Shown here one piece after another: positions 28,549-36,908 of a DNA stretch of 58,454 bases (position 1 is its first letter; every line of letters starts with the position of its first letter). Source of the DNA: an uncultured Candidatus Saccharibacteria bacterium (GTDB lineage: Bacteria; Patescibacteriota; Minisyncoccia; Phycocordibacterales; UBA918); NCBI GenBank assembly GCA_964425625.1, contig CAYRMI010000002.1, positions 1-58,454 on the forward strand, read 5' to 3'. The translations under genes were made by a program, and so were the position numbers. Under the pieces are notes generated by a model, which was given only the letters and a program-made list of their open reading frames with translations, was not told the origin of the DNA and made no database searches.

Positions 28549-28593
28549 AAAACAAAAAGACCGTTCCCTTAATGGGAACGGTCTTTTTGTTTT
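28549..28593. terminator. Bidirectional terminator
   Basis: 20-bp stem AAAACAAAAAGACCGTTCCC-TTAAT-GGGAACGGTCTTTTTGTTTT between convergent genes. Confidence 0.8.
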
Positions 28594-28596
28594 ACT

Positions 28597-30366
28597 TTAA
28601 AGTTTCTTAGTCTCAATTTCGGTCAAAAGATGATTGCCTAACTTATGAAGGTCAATTTGTTTACTTTCTCCACTACGCGATTCTAGAGTGACATTTTTAG
28701 CTTCTACTTCTTGGTCACCAATTACAACAAAGTAAGGGAGTTTGGCTTGCTTAGCCGAACGTATCTTCTTACCCATTGAATCACGCGCATCATCAAAAGT
28801 GGCACGGATACCGACAGCCTTTAGAGCATGGTAAACTTCTTCAGCATAAGGCATATGCACATCAGCTACTGGAATAATCCGCACTTGTTCGGGCGCTAGC
28901 CAGAGTGGGAAGTGGCCGGCTAAGTGTTCAATCAAGACTGCACTAAAACGTTCAATTGAACCCATAATGGCACAGTGAATCATAACAATACGTTCTTTCT
29001 CTCCTTTCTCATTGATACAAGTCAGATCAAAGCGCTCAGGTAAGTTCATGTCAAGTTGAATAGTGGCAACTTGATGTTCACGACCTAGTGAGTCCTTGGC
29101 CATAAAGTCCAACTTTGGACCGTACATGGCGGCTTCTCCAGGAGCTTCGAAGTAATTAGCGTTTCTTTCTTTTGCAATTTCTCGTAATGAATTTTCAGCA
29201 CTGTCCCAAATCTCTTTTGTCCCTAAATATTTACTCAGCTCTGTTGGTTCGTGAAAGGAGAGGCGAACTCTAAGGTTGAAACCAAAGGTACTATAGAAAG
29301 TATCTATAATGTCCCAGATTTTGAAGAACTCCTCTTTTACTTGTGCATGACGACAGAAGACATGAGAATCATCTTGGGTAATCGAAAGAACACGAGTAAG
29401 TCCGCCTAGTTCGCCTGATTGTTCATCCCGGTAAACCATCGTAGTTTCGGCATAGCGTTGAGGCATGTCACGGTAACTGTGTGGTTGGCGGTCAAATATC
29501 TGCGTGTGATGGGGGCAATTCATGGGCTTGAGAGCGTATTCTTTGCCCTCTCTGGTAGTGATACGGAAAAGCTCATCAGCAAATTTTTCCCAATGACCAG
29601 ATGTAACATAAAGGTCTTTTTTTGTGATATGAGGAATTGTCACTCGCTGATAGCCATGTTTTTCTCGTAATTGCCAGATGTAAGTATCGAGTTGATGCCT
29701 AATCATGGTGCCTTTGGGTGTCCAGAGCGGAAGCCCAGCTCCGACGAGTTCTGAGAAGGTAAATAAATCATGTTCCTTACCAAGTTTGCGGTGGTCGCGC
29801 TTTTTTGCTTCCTCAATTTGATTAAGATAGGCATCGAGCTCGTCTTTTGAGTTAAAAGCCAGACCATAGATACGACTAAGCATAGGTTTTTTTTCATCAC
29901 CTCGCCAGTAGGCGCCAGCGACTTTGTCGAGCTTGAAACTATCGGCAGGAATTTCTTCATGCGGATTTTCGGTATGACCACCACGACAAAGGTCAATAAA
30001 TTCACTTTTACCGGTACCACAAGTGTAGAGGGTGATGGTTTCGTCCCGGCTAGCAATCTCGTCGATAAGTTCTAGCTTATAGGGGTTGCCAGCAAATATT
30101 TGTTTGGCTTCCTCTGGCGTTACTTCTTTATGAGACCAGGTAGTCCAAGTATTGAGCAGTTTTTTCATCGCTTTTTCTATATCTTTGAGACTATCATCAC
30201 CCAAGGTTGGGCCACCGGAGAAATCGACGTCATAGTAAAAACCAGTATCGATGGCTGGCCCTAAGGTAAGTTTGGCATGAGGATAGGCGTCTAGGATAGC
30301 TTTGGCCATTACGTGTGCTAGAGTGTGGCGCTTAAATTCTAGTGCTGGGTTTTGTTGACTGCGCAT
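28597..30366 (-). CDS. thrS: Threonine--tRNA ligase (lacks the N-terminal TGS domain)
   Basis: RHTLAH, DLCRGGH, RDHRKLG, KPMNCP, YRDEQSGEL, IQLD, HCAIMGSIERF. Confidence 0.96.
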   Translation of the reverse strand: MRSQQNPALEFKRHTLAHVMAKAILDAYPHAKLTLGPAIDTGFYYDVDFSGGPTLGDDSLKDIEKAMKKLLNTWTTWSHKEVTPEEAKQIFAGNPYKLELIDEIASRDETITLYTCGTGKSEFIDLCRGGHTENPHEEIPADSFKLDKVAGAYWRGDEKKPMLSRIYGLAFNSKDELDAYLNQIEEAKKRDHRKLGKEHDLFTFSELVGAGLPLWTPKGTMIRHQLDTYIWQLREKHGYQRVTIPHITKKDLYVTSGHWEKFADELFRITTREGKEYALKPMNCPHHTQIFDRQPHSYRDMPQRYAETTMVYRDEQSGELGGLTRVLSITQDDSHVFCRHAQVKEEFFKIWDIIDTFYSTFGFNLRVRLSFHEPTELSKYLGTKEIWDSAENSLREIAKERNANYFEAPGEAAMYGPKLDFMAKDSLGREHQVATIQLDMNLPERFDLTCINEKGEKERIVMIHCAIMGSIERFSAVLIEHLAGHFPLWLAPEQVRIIPVADVHMPYAEEVYHALKAVGIRATFDDARDSMGKKIRSAKQAKLPYFVVIGDQEVEAKNVTLESRSGESKQIDLHKLGNHLLTEIETKKL

Positions 30367-30394
30367 ATTTATGTTTTATTCTTTAATAATGTGA

Positions 30395-30596
30395 ACAAAT
30401 AAACGCCCGAGCGAAAATATGACAGGAGTCATATTTTCGCTCGGGCGTTCTTTTCCTAAGAAAGTCGCGGTTCCACCGAGTTTCCGGTCAGTAAATTGAC
30501 CGCTTCTAAGCTACAGATTAGGGAATTTTTTCTTCCAACAACCTTTCGGTTAACCGAAAGGTTGTCTAGTGTTTGGTAGACACCACAATCTCTGTT
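30395..30596 (-). ncRNA. T-box riboswitch leader of thrS
   Basis: Minus strand: CTCGG-TGGAACC-GCG...CGC-CCGAG antiterminator. Overlapping 22-bp terminator (30402-30449) followed by TTTATTT. Stem III CGGTCA/TGACCG precedes the T-box. Confidence 0.85.
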
Positions 30597-30602
30597 TTAA
30601 TT

Positions 30603-30630
30603 ATCGTATCATGCCCACCATTCCAGTCAA
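30603..30630 (-). promoter_or_regulatory. thrS promoter
   Basis: Minus strand TTGACT-16-TACGAT with TG extension, just upstream of the T-box leader. Confidence 0.6.
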
Positions 30631-30675
30631 CCAGTGCTTGCAGACGAAATGACCTTAAAAAAACCCAACTAACCA

Positions 30676-30715
30676 ACCCGCTAAATCTACCTGTTAACAG
30701 GTAGATTTAGCGGGT
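30676..30715. repeat. 40-bp perfect palindrome, family A copy 2
   Basis: ACCCGCTAAATCTACCTGTT|AACAGGTAGATTTAGCGGGT; contains the stop codon of the TrpR-like gene. Confidence 0.95.
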
Positions 30716-31111
30716 CTTGAATGCGCGATTATATATTCTGGACCTGGCTCGAGAACTTACTTTTGCGAGAATTAAGTCTTGTATTAGTTCCACAAATTCG
30801 TTTTTTTCTTTTTTGCTTAGACAGTTGAGTAGGTTGTCAAATTGTCCGTCTTCATATTGTTTATAAATTCTTTGTGCGGTTGAGATACTTACACCCAAAG
30901 CCAGGGCTGTGCGGTAGGTAGAGAAATCATCATTAAAAAGAAGTGCAGCAGCGAATCTTTTGATAATCATTATTTTTTCCGCTTCAGTAAAGAGATCATT
31001 GATAAATACAGAAGCAGTTTGGTTGTTAAGTTTTGAGATTAGCTGAACTAATTTCTGGTGGGCGTGTTTATAGTCAGCACTATCGATTTGCAATTTTGAG
31101 ACGTTGGTCAT
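30707..31111 (-). CDS. TrpR-like (YerC/YecD family) helix-turn-helix regulator
   Basis: LFTEAEKIMIIKRFAAALLF...STYRTALALGVSISTAQRI fits the TrpR-family LT..E...L..R......L....SY..I....G.S..TI.R pattern. Confidence 0.75.
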   Translation of the reverse strand: MTNVSKLQIDSADYKHAHQKLVQLISKLNNQTASVFINDLFTEAEKIMIIKRFAAALLFNDDFSTYRTALALGVSISTAQRIYKQYEDGQFDNLLNCLSKKEKNEFVELIQDLILAKVSSRARSRIYNRAFKTR

Positions 31112-31117
31112 TGTTTA

Positions 31118-31159
31118 AGTATACCCCTAAATCTACCTGTTAACAGGTAGATTTAGGGG
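31118..31159 (-). promoter_or_regulatory. -10 box (TATACT, 31118-31123) abutting 36-bp palindrome family A copy 3 (31124-31159); candidate operator
   Basis: CCCCTAAATCTACCTGTT|AACAGGTAGATTTAGGGG covers the spacer/-35 zone. The ATG is 6 nt after the -10 box. Confidence 0.7.
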
Positions 31160-31194
31160 ATAATTTTTTGTCGTCAGTATTTTTTAACGATTGA

Positions 31195-34100
31195 TTATTT
31201 TTGAGATTGAGGATTTGGGCTAGAGCTAAGGAGCTTAGCACGATCTATGGCAATCGAGGGTTCTTCGTTGCGGATGGTTAGTTTACCTTTGATAGCGATA
31301 CAACTGCCCAAAGTAAATAAAAGTTTTAGTTCAGTGTAGGTCTTGGGGAAGGCAACCATTTCGATTTGGTCATGAGTATCAGCTAACGTAACAAAGGCCA
31401 TTTTTTCGCCCTTTTTGGTAATGAGTTCGCGCACAGCCACCACCATTCCAGCGGTAACTAATTCACCCTTAAGACGAAGTATCGCCAGCTCATTTTTTTC
31501 GGTGACGGCACTTATAATTGAGCCGATACTGGGACGTTTGGCCAGTTCATCCATATAAGCATCAAGTGGATGTCCGGATACATAGACTCCTAGCAGATCT
31601 TTTTCCCAAGTGAGCATTTGGTTTTTGGGAATTGCTTCGGACGGAATCAGGTTTAATGTTTCCTCATTGTTAAGTCCACCAAAAAGTGAGACCTGAGATG
31701 ATTCTTGGCCGGCCATATGCTCCTTGTTAAAAGTCAGTAGCAAATCAAGATTGGCGTACATTGCTCCACGGTCATTAAGTGAGTCAAAGGCACCGGCCAT
31801 GATAAGGGCTTCGAGCGATTTTTTGTTTAAACTACGGTCATGAATGCGGGTGAGAAAATTGGAGAGAGAAGTAAAAGATCCTTTGGCTTTACGTTCGGCA
31901 ATAATTGCTTCTGCAATACCTTCACCAAAATTCTTGATAGTAGCCAGTCCGAATCGAATTGTTTCCTTGCCAGGTACAACCGTAAAGTCTGCAAATGATT
32001 CATTGATATCTGGTGGCAGTACTTCAATCCCCATACGCCCACATTCGCGGATAATTTCGGCGATTTTATCGTTATCGCCAGAGTCGGCCGTGAGGACGGC
32101 CGACATATACTCGACCGGAAAGTTAGCTTTCATGTACGCTGTCTGATAGGCTACGCGACCATAACTAGCAGCGTGAGCCTTATTGAAACCATAGGCAGCG
32201 AAGGGTTCAATTAGGCTCCAAAGCTTTTGGGCGAGATTTGGTGAAAGTTTGCCATACTCTATAAAGCCAGTAAGAAGTTTGTTTTTTTCGGCCGCCATTA
32301 CTTCAGGGATTTTCTTACCCATGGCTTTACGCAACATGTCGGCCTCGAGCCAACTATAACCAGCCAAGATGCGAGCAATAGCCATAACATCGTCTTGGTA
32401 GGTGACTACTCCATAAGAACGATTAAGGACATTCTCCAGCCTAGGGTCTAAATAGGTCACGAGCGTAGGGTTGTGTTTGCGTTCTATGTATTGCGGAATA
32501 GATTCCATTGGTCCAGGACGGTAAAGGGCTACCATGGCGTTTATATCGTGTATAGTAGAAGGCTTCAGTTGCTTGAGAAAGGCGGTCATACCTCCGCCGT
32601 TGAGTTGAAAGAGGCCCATAGTCTCGCCCCGGGCTAGGATGTTGAAAGTTTTTTGGTCATTAAGTGGAATGTTTTCGATATCGACTGCCACATTACGGAT
32701 TTTTTTTACTCGCTTGACGGCATCAGCCAAAATAGCTAAGTTTTTTATACCCAAAAAATCAAACTTAAGTAGACCAACACCATCTTCACCGACACTTTTC
32801 ATCTCATATTGAGTGATAAATTTACCGGACTTAGGGTCTGGTTGGATGGGTACGAATTTATTAAGTGGTTCCGGAGCAATCACTACACCAGCGGCATGCA
32901 CACCAAGGTGACGAACCCGACCCTCGATACGTTTAGCTAGGTCAATCACTTCCCGAGACTCAGCGTCTTTTTTGTAGAGTTCAGCGAGGTCTGGTTCTAT
33001 TTCTAGGGCTTTGGTGATGGTCATAGGGAAACCCTGACTACCGATGGGAATGAGTTTGGCTATGCGGTCGCCAGTGGAGTAAGGGTGACCAAGCGCGCGG
33101 GCCACGTCGCGCACAGCGGCACGGGCCATCATGGTACCAAAGGTACCAATTTGCGCGACCTTGTCGGCACCGTATTTTGTCTTGGCGTATTCAATTATTT
33201 CATCACGCCGATTATCAGCAAAGTCCATATCAATATCAGGTGCTGAAGGTCGCTCGGGATTGAGGAAGCGTTCGAAGGGAAGATTATATTCAAGTGGATC
33301 TACGTTGGTAATACCAAGTACGTAGGTAGTGAGAGAGCCGGCCACCGAACCGCGTATGGTAGTAAGGATACCGCGTTCGCGCGATTCACGGAGTAAGTCA
33401 CCGACTACTAAGAAGTATTTGGCGTAACCTTTGGTCTTGATCACACTAAGTTCATAATCAAGTCGGTCCTTAATGGCTTTATCATTTGGGTCTAGTTTGC
33501 GCCAAGTCAGACCAGAGTAGGCTGTGGCCATAAGTTCTTCGTCTGGATTTTTACCACTCTCAATCGGGTAATCAGGAAAATACCAATGTGTGCCAATTTC
33601 GATTTCAACCTGGCAAGACTCAGCAATTTTCACTGTATTGGACAAGGCCTCAGGGTTGTCCTTGAAGTACTCTTTGGCCTGCTCTTGGGTAATGAAGGAA
33701 AAATCTTCACCGGAGTCTATGTCGCTTGTGGTATCTACTACGCCACCGTTTTGGATTTTGATTAGTACCTCGCGAGCAATTCTATCGTCGGGCTTCAGGT
33801 AGTAGACATCGTGAGCAGCAACTAGTGGGGTGTTAGTTTGATCGGCTAAGTTAATAATTTTTGTTTGGATTTTTTGGTGGTCCAAGACTTCCGGGTGATG
33901 TGATATTTCCAAAAAGCAATTTTCACCAAAAACCCTTTTGTACCAATCGAGTCTTTCCGAGGCGTGCTCTGTTCGATCGTCTTTATAGGCTCTAGCTACT
34001 TCTCCGGCAAAGGAGGGTATGATGCAGACTATATCTTCCGCATATCGTTTTAGAAGTTCGTCATCGACCCGCGGCCGATAATAAAAACCTTCAAGGTTTG

Positions 34101-34443
34101 AGTCGGTGACTAACTTGATAAGATTTTGGTAGCCGGTAAATGTTTTAGCCAAGAGGACCAGGCGGGCTCGGGGCTTATCAATAGCTTCCTTGTTATGGCG
34201 GGTGCGGGGAGCTAAGTACGCATCAAGACCAATGATCGGTTTGATCCCTTCTTTGGTACAGGCTTTATAGAAATCAATCGCTCCGTAAAGAGCACCATTG
34301 TCAGTTAGAGCCAAGGCTGTTTGATTATCGGCTTTGGCCTCATGCGCTAGTTCCTTTGGGGTAGGGAGAGCGTTTAGAAGTGAGTAGTGCGAGTGTACAT
34401 GAAGGTGGACAAAGCTTGAGTTTAGGGGTTTCTGGTCAGACAT
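31195..34443 (-). CDS. dnaE: DNA polymerase III alpha subunit
   Basis: HLHVHSHYSLL (PHP), RGSVAGSL, FERFLNPER..PDIDMDF, KFDFLG, YGFNKAH, OB-fold KKGEKMAFV. Confidence 0.97.
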   Translation of the reverse strand: MSDQKPLNSSFVHLHVHSHYSLLNALPTPKELAHEAKADNQTALALTDNGALYGAIDFYKACTKEGIKPIIGLDAYLAPRTRHNKEAIDKPRARLVLLAKTFTGYQNLIKLVTDSNLEGFYYRPRVDDELLKRYAEDIVCIIPSFAGEVARAYKDDRTEHASERLDWYKRVFGENCFLEISHHPEVLDHQKIQTKIINLADQTNTPLVAAHDVYYLKPDDRIAREVLIKIQNGGVVDTTSDIDSGEDFSFITQEQAKEYFKDNPEALSNTVKIAESCQVEIEIGTHWYFPDYPIESGKNPDEELMATAYSGLTWRKLDPNDKAIKDRLDYELSVIKTKGYAKYFLVVGDLLRESRERGILTTIRGSVAGSLTTYVLGITNVDPLEYNLPFERFLNPERPSAPDIDMDFADNRRDEIIEYAKTKYGADKVAQIGTFGTMMARAAVRDVARALGHPYSTGDRIAKLIPIGSQGFPMTITKALEIEPDLAELYKKDAESREVIDLAKRIEGRVRHLGVHAAGVVIAPEPLNKFVPIQPDPKSGKFITQYEMKSVGEDGVGLLKFDFLGIKNLAILADAVKRVKKIRNVAVDIENIPLNDQKTFNILARGETMGLFQLNGGGMTAFLKQLKPSTIHDINAMVALYRPGPMESIPQYIERKHNPTLVTYLDPRLENVLNRSYGVVTYQDDVMAIARILAGYSWLEADMLRKAMGKKIPEVMAAEKNKLLTGFIEYGKLSPNLAQKLWSLIEPFAAYGFNKAHAASYGRVAYQTAYMKANFPVEYMSAVLTADSGDNDKIAEIIRECGRMGIEVLPPDINESFADFTVVPGKETIRFGLATIKNFGEGIAEAIIAERKAKGSFTSLSNFLTRIHDRSLNKKSLEALIMAGAFDSLNDRGAMYANLDLLLTFNKEHMAGQESSQVSLFGGLNNEETLNLIPSEAIPKNQMLTWEKDLLGVYVSGHPLDAYMDELAKRPSIGSIISAVTEKNELAILRLKGELVTAGMVVAVRELITKKGEKMAFVTLADTHDQIEMVAFPKTYTELKLLFTLGSCIAIKGKLTIRNEEPSIAIDRAKLLSSSPNPQSQK

Positions 34444-34468
34444 GGTTTTTAGATTATAGCATTCGCTC

Positions 34469-34619
34469 GGGATTGCCTCAAAAAAAAGACACAGATAAAA
34501 GCCCCAGCGGGCTTTTTCTTATGCTCGGCGACCGGTCCTGCCACAGCGCTTCGCGCAATTAAGGGGTGGCAGGCACCGGCTCCGGTCGCCTGCGCAATGT
34601 CTTTTTTTGAGGCAATCCC
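34469..34619. repeat. Structured dispersed repeat copy 1 (119-bp core 34486-34604 inside about 22-bp terminal inverted arms)
   Basis: Core is 118/119 identical to 35335-35453. Arms GGGATTGCCTC(A8)GACA / TGTC(T7)GAGGCAATCCC. Confidence 0.95.
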
Positions 34620-34633
34620 TCGCTCTTTGGTGG

Positions 34634-34670
34634 AAGTTTTTCTGTAGAGGCTTAGCCTCCGCAGAAACTT
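34634..34670. repeat. Imperfect palindrome, family B (core GAGGCTTAGCCTC)
   Basis: GAGGCTTAGCCTCC at 34647 is identical to 42052. Confidence 0.6.
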
Positions 34671-34717
34671 ATAAATAGCTGGTAGGAAAATTTTGCAGGT
34701 AAGGTATAATTTTTGAA

Positions 34718-35347
34718 ATGTCTAAAGCTAAATACCTGGTGGGAATTGACGAAGCTGGACGTGGGCCTTTGGCTGGGCCGGTGGCGGTGGGGGTGGTTTG
34801 TGTGCCGAGGGATTTTAATTGGCGGTTAATCCCGGGAGTGGGTGATTCTAAGCAAGTGAAGGAGAAAAATCGCGAAGCGATTTTTCTCCTAGCCAAAAGA
34901 CTAAAGCAGGAAAAAGTGTTTGATTACGCCGTGACACTGGTTAGTGCAAAAATAATTGACCAAAAGGGAATTAGTAAAGCAGTACAAATTGGTATCGATA
35001 AAGGTCTTAGGAAGTTGGCTCTGTCGGAGAATGAGGTGGAGGTGAAACTCGATGGTTTGTTGCAGGCCCCGGCAGAATACCGAAACCAAGAGACAATTAT
35101 TAAAGGTGATGATAAGGAGTTGGTGATTGGTTTAGCGTCGATTTTGGCCAAGGTAACGCGTGATACATATATGAAGAAGTTGGCCAAGAATAATGAGTAC
35201 TTGGCTTATGAATTTGCTACTCATAAAGGTTATGGGACGAAAATGCACCGGGAAGCTATCGTCCAAAACGGTCTATCCGGAGAACATCGTGTTAGCTTTT
35301 GTAAGAGTTTACTCGCTCTTGAGTACCTCAAACCAAGACACAGATAA
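34718..35347 (+). CDS. rnhB: Ribonuclease HII
   Basis: GIDEAGRGPLAGPV, DSKQ, IKGD, ASILAKVTRD, HKGYGT. The stop codon lies inside repeat copy 2. Confidence 0.96.
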   Translation: MSKAKYLVGIDEAGRGPLAGPVAVGVVCVPRDFNWRLIPGVGDSKQVKEKNREAIFLLAKRLKQEKVFDYAVTLVSAKIIDQKGISKAVQIGIDKGLRKLALSENEVEVKLDGLLQAPAEYRNQETIIKGDDKELVIGLASILAKVTRDTYMKKLAKNNEYLAYEFATHKGYGTKMHREAIVQNGLSGEHRVSFCKSLLALEYLKPRHR

Positions 35348-35466
35348 AAGCCCCAGCGGGCTTTTTCTTATGCTCAGCGACCGGTCCTGCCACAGCGCTT
35401 CGCGCAATTAAGGGGTGGCAGGCACCGGCTCCGGTCGCCTGCGCAATGTCTTTGTTTGCGGTGCTC
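35321..35466. repeat. Structured dispersed repeat copy 2
   Basis: Same 119-bp core; different, imperfect outer arms GAGTACCTCAAACCAAGACA / TGTCTTTGTTTGCGGTGCTC. Confidence 0.95.
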
Positions 35467-35566
35467 CTTCGCTATATAAATCGAAGCCCGTTTTGTAGAA
35501 GAAATTCTTAAGGAAAATCTGTAAGAGTCCATGATTGAGGTCTTTAATCTAATCCAGACAATTTAG

Positions 35567-35594
35567 TTGCTTTTTTGCAAGGATTTGCTATAGT
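35567..35594 (+). promoter_or_regulatory. rpmF promoter
   Basis: TTGCTT-16-TATAGT with TG extension (same boxes as the rpmE promoter), 9 nt before the ATG. Confidence 0.6.
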
Positions 35595-35603
35595 TTCCCC
35601 ACT

Positions 35604-35876
35604 ATGGTTATTCGAATGCGACATACGCGGTCACATACCGCCAATCGACGCTCACATCACGCTCTTAAGGCCCCTAATTTGGCTGTATGTAAGAATTGTG
35701 AATCAGAGCATCGTCCACACCACATGTGCTTAAATTGTGGTTATTACAAGGGCAGAGTAGTGATTGATTTGCTAGAAAAGAAAAAAGGTCGTGAGGCTAG
35801 ATTGCAAGCCAAGCGGGAAGCTATCCGTGGAGAAGTGGCGGTTGCACCAACCGAAACTCCAGCTAAGCAAAAATAA
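35604..35876 (+). CDS. rpmF: 50S ribosomal protein L32 with C-terminal extension
   Basis: RRSHHAL, CKNC...HHMCLNCGYYKGR. Confidence 0.93.
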   Translation: MVIRMRHTRSHTANRRSHHALKAPNLAVCKNCESEHRPHHMCLNCGYYKGRVVIDLLEKKKGREARLQAKREAIRGEVAVAPTETPAKQK

Positions 35877-35975
35877 ACTCTAGTGTAAGCCCCGTCTGGG
35901 GGCTTTGTGGATTTTGCACATTGTCAGTCTTGTTACGTGTTAAACTGTAAGCAGTAAAAGTTAGTACATTAAAAT

Positions 35976-36878
35976 ATGGCCAATCGACACGTTTCAAGAA
36001 GTATCGTTCTCCAATCACTCTTTGAGTGGGATTTAAATGCAATAGAAAGAAAAGCCGTTATTGAAGTTTTAGATAGAAATATTGAGGAGTTTGCGCCCAA
36101 TAAGACAGACCGACCATTTATGGAACGTCTCCTTGATGGCATTTTAGGCAAGCAAACAGAGTTGGATTTAGTTATTACCAAGGCCGCCCCAGAGTGGCCA
36201 ATTGAACGTATCTCACCGGTAGACCGTAATATCCTACGTCTAGGTCTCTATGAGCTTCTATTTGCTGACCGCTCTGAGGTGCCAGCCAAGGTAGCTATCA
36301 ATGAAGCGATTGAGTTGGCTAAGCAATTTGGTGGCGATAATAGTAGCCGTTTTGTTAATGGAGTACTTGGGGCAGTTTACAAGGAAATAGGTGAGCCCGG
36401 TAAGGAGGAAACCAGTAAGCGCAAGAAGCGAGAATTGCCATTTGACCAAATGCCAATTCAACGATTGGCAGGAGCGGTGGTTTACGCTGAGGAAAATGGT
36501 GAGATGTACTTGGCTCTGGTGCATGACATTTTTGGCCACTGGACGTTATCTAAGGGTAAAATTGAAGAAAACGAAAGTGTCGAAGCGGGCGCGGTCCGGG
36601 AACTCAAGGAAGAAATGGGTCTAGATGTCACGATTGAGGCGGAACTCGGCAAAAATGAATACGTAGCTTCACACCCAGAATTGGGCAAAGTGCGCAAGCA
36701 GGTTCACTACTATCTAGCTTCTTCTCCACACACCGAAATAACCCTAGAGCAAAAGGGAGGTTTGGATGATGCTCGGTGGTTTAGAGTAGCTGATATCCTG
36801 GAACTAAACTTCTACGAAGATATCCTACCTATCGTCACCAAGGCGGTGACTATGTTGGTTGGCAGACGCAGTAAATAA
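35976..36878 (+). CDS. nusB: NusB antitermination factor fused to a C-terminal NUDIX hydrolase
   Basis: NusB: DRNILRLGLYEL, VAINEAIELAKQFG, FVNGVLG. NUDIX box GKIEENESVEAGAVRELKEEMGL (36555-36623). Confidence 0.92.
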   Translation: MANRHVSRSIVLQSLFEWDLNAIERKAVIEVLDRNIEEFAPNKTDRPFMERLLDGILGKQTELDLVITKAAPEWPIERISPVDRNILRLGLYELLFADRSEVPAKVAINEAIELAKQFGGDNSSRFVNGVLGAVYKEIGEPGKEETSKRKKRELPFDQMPIQRLAGAVVYAEENGEMYLALVHDIFGHWTLSKGKIEENESVEAGAVRELKEEMGLDVTIEAELGKNEYVASHPELGKVRKQVHYYLASSPHTEITLEQKGGLDDARWFRVADILELNFYEDILPIVTKAVTMLVGRRSK

Positions 36879-36908
36879 TGGTACGCTCAAAGATAATTTA
36901 CTATCAGA

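Noticed and set aside
31195-34443. Inteins or introns in dnaE, gyrB or rpoBC
   Set aside because: Lengths are normal or short and no splice-junction or homing-endonuclease motifs were seen.
34380-35411. Two short ORFs ending in DKSPSGLFLML.DRSCHSASRN as a paralogous peptide family
   Set aside because: The shared text is a translation of the 119-bp repeat; the ORFs overlap dnaE (antisense) and rnhB (out of frame).
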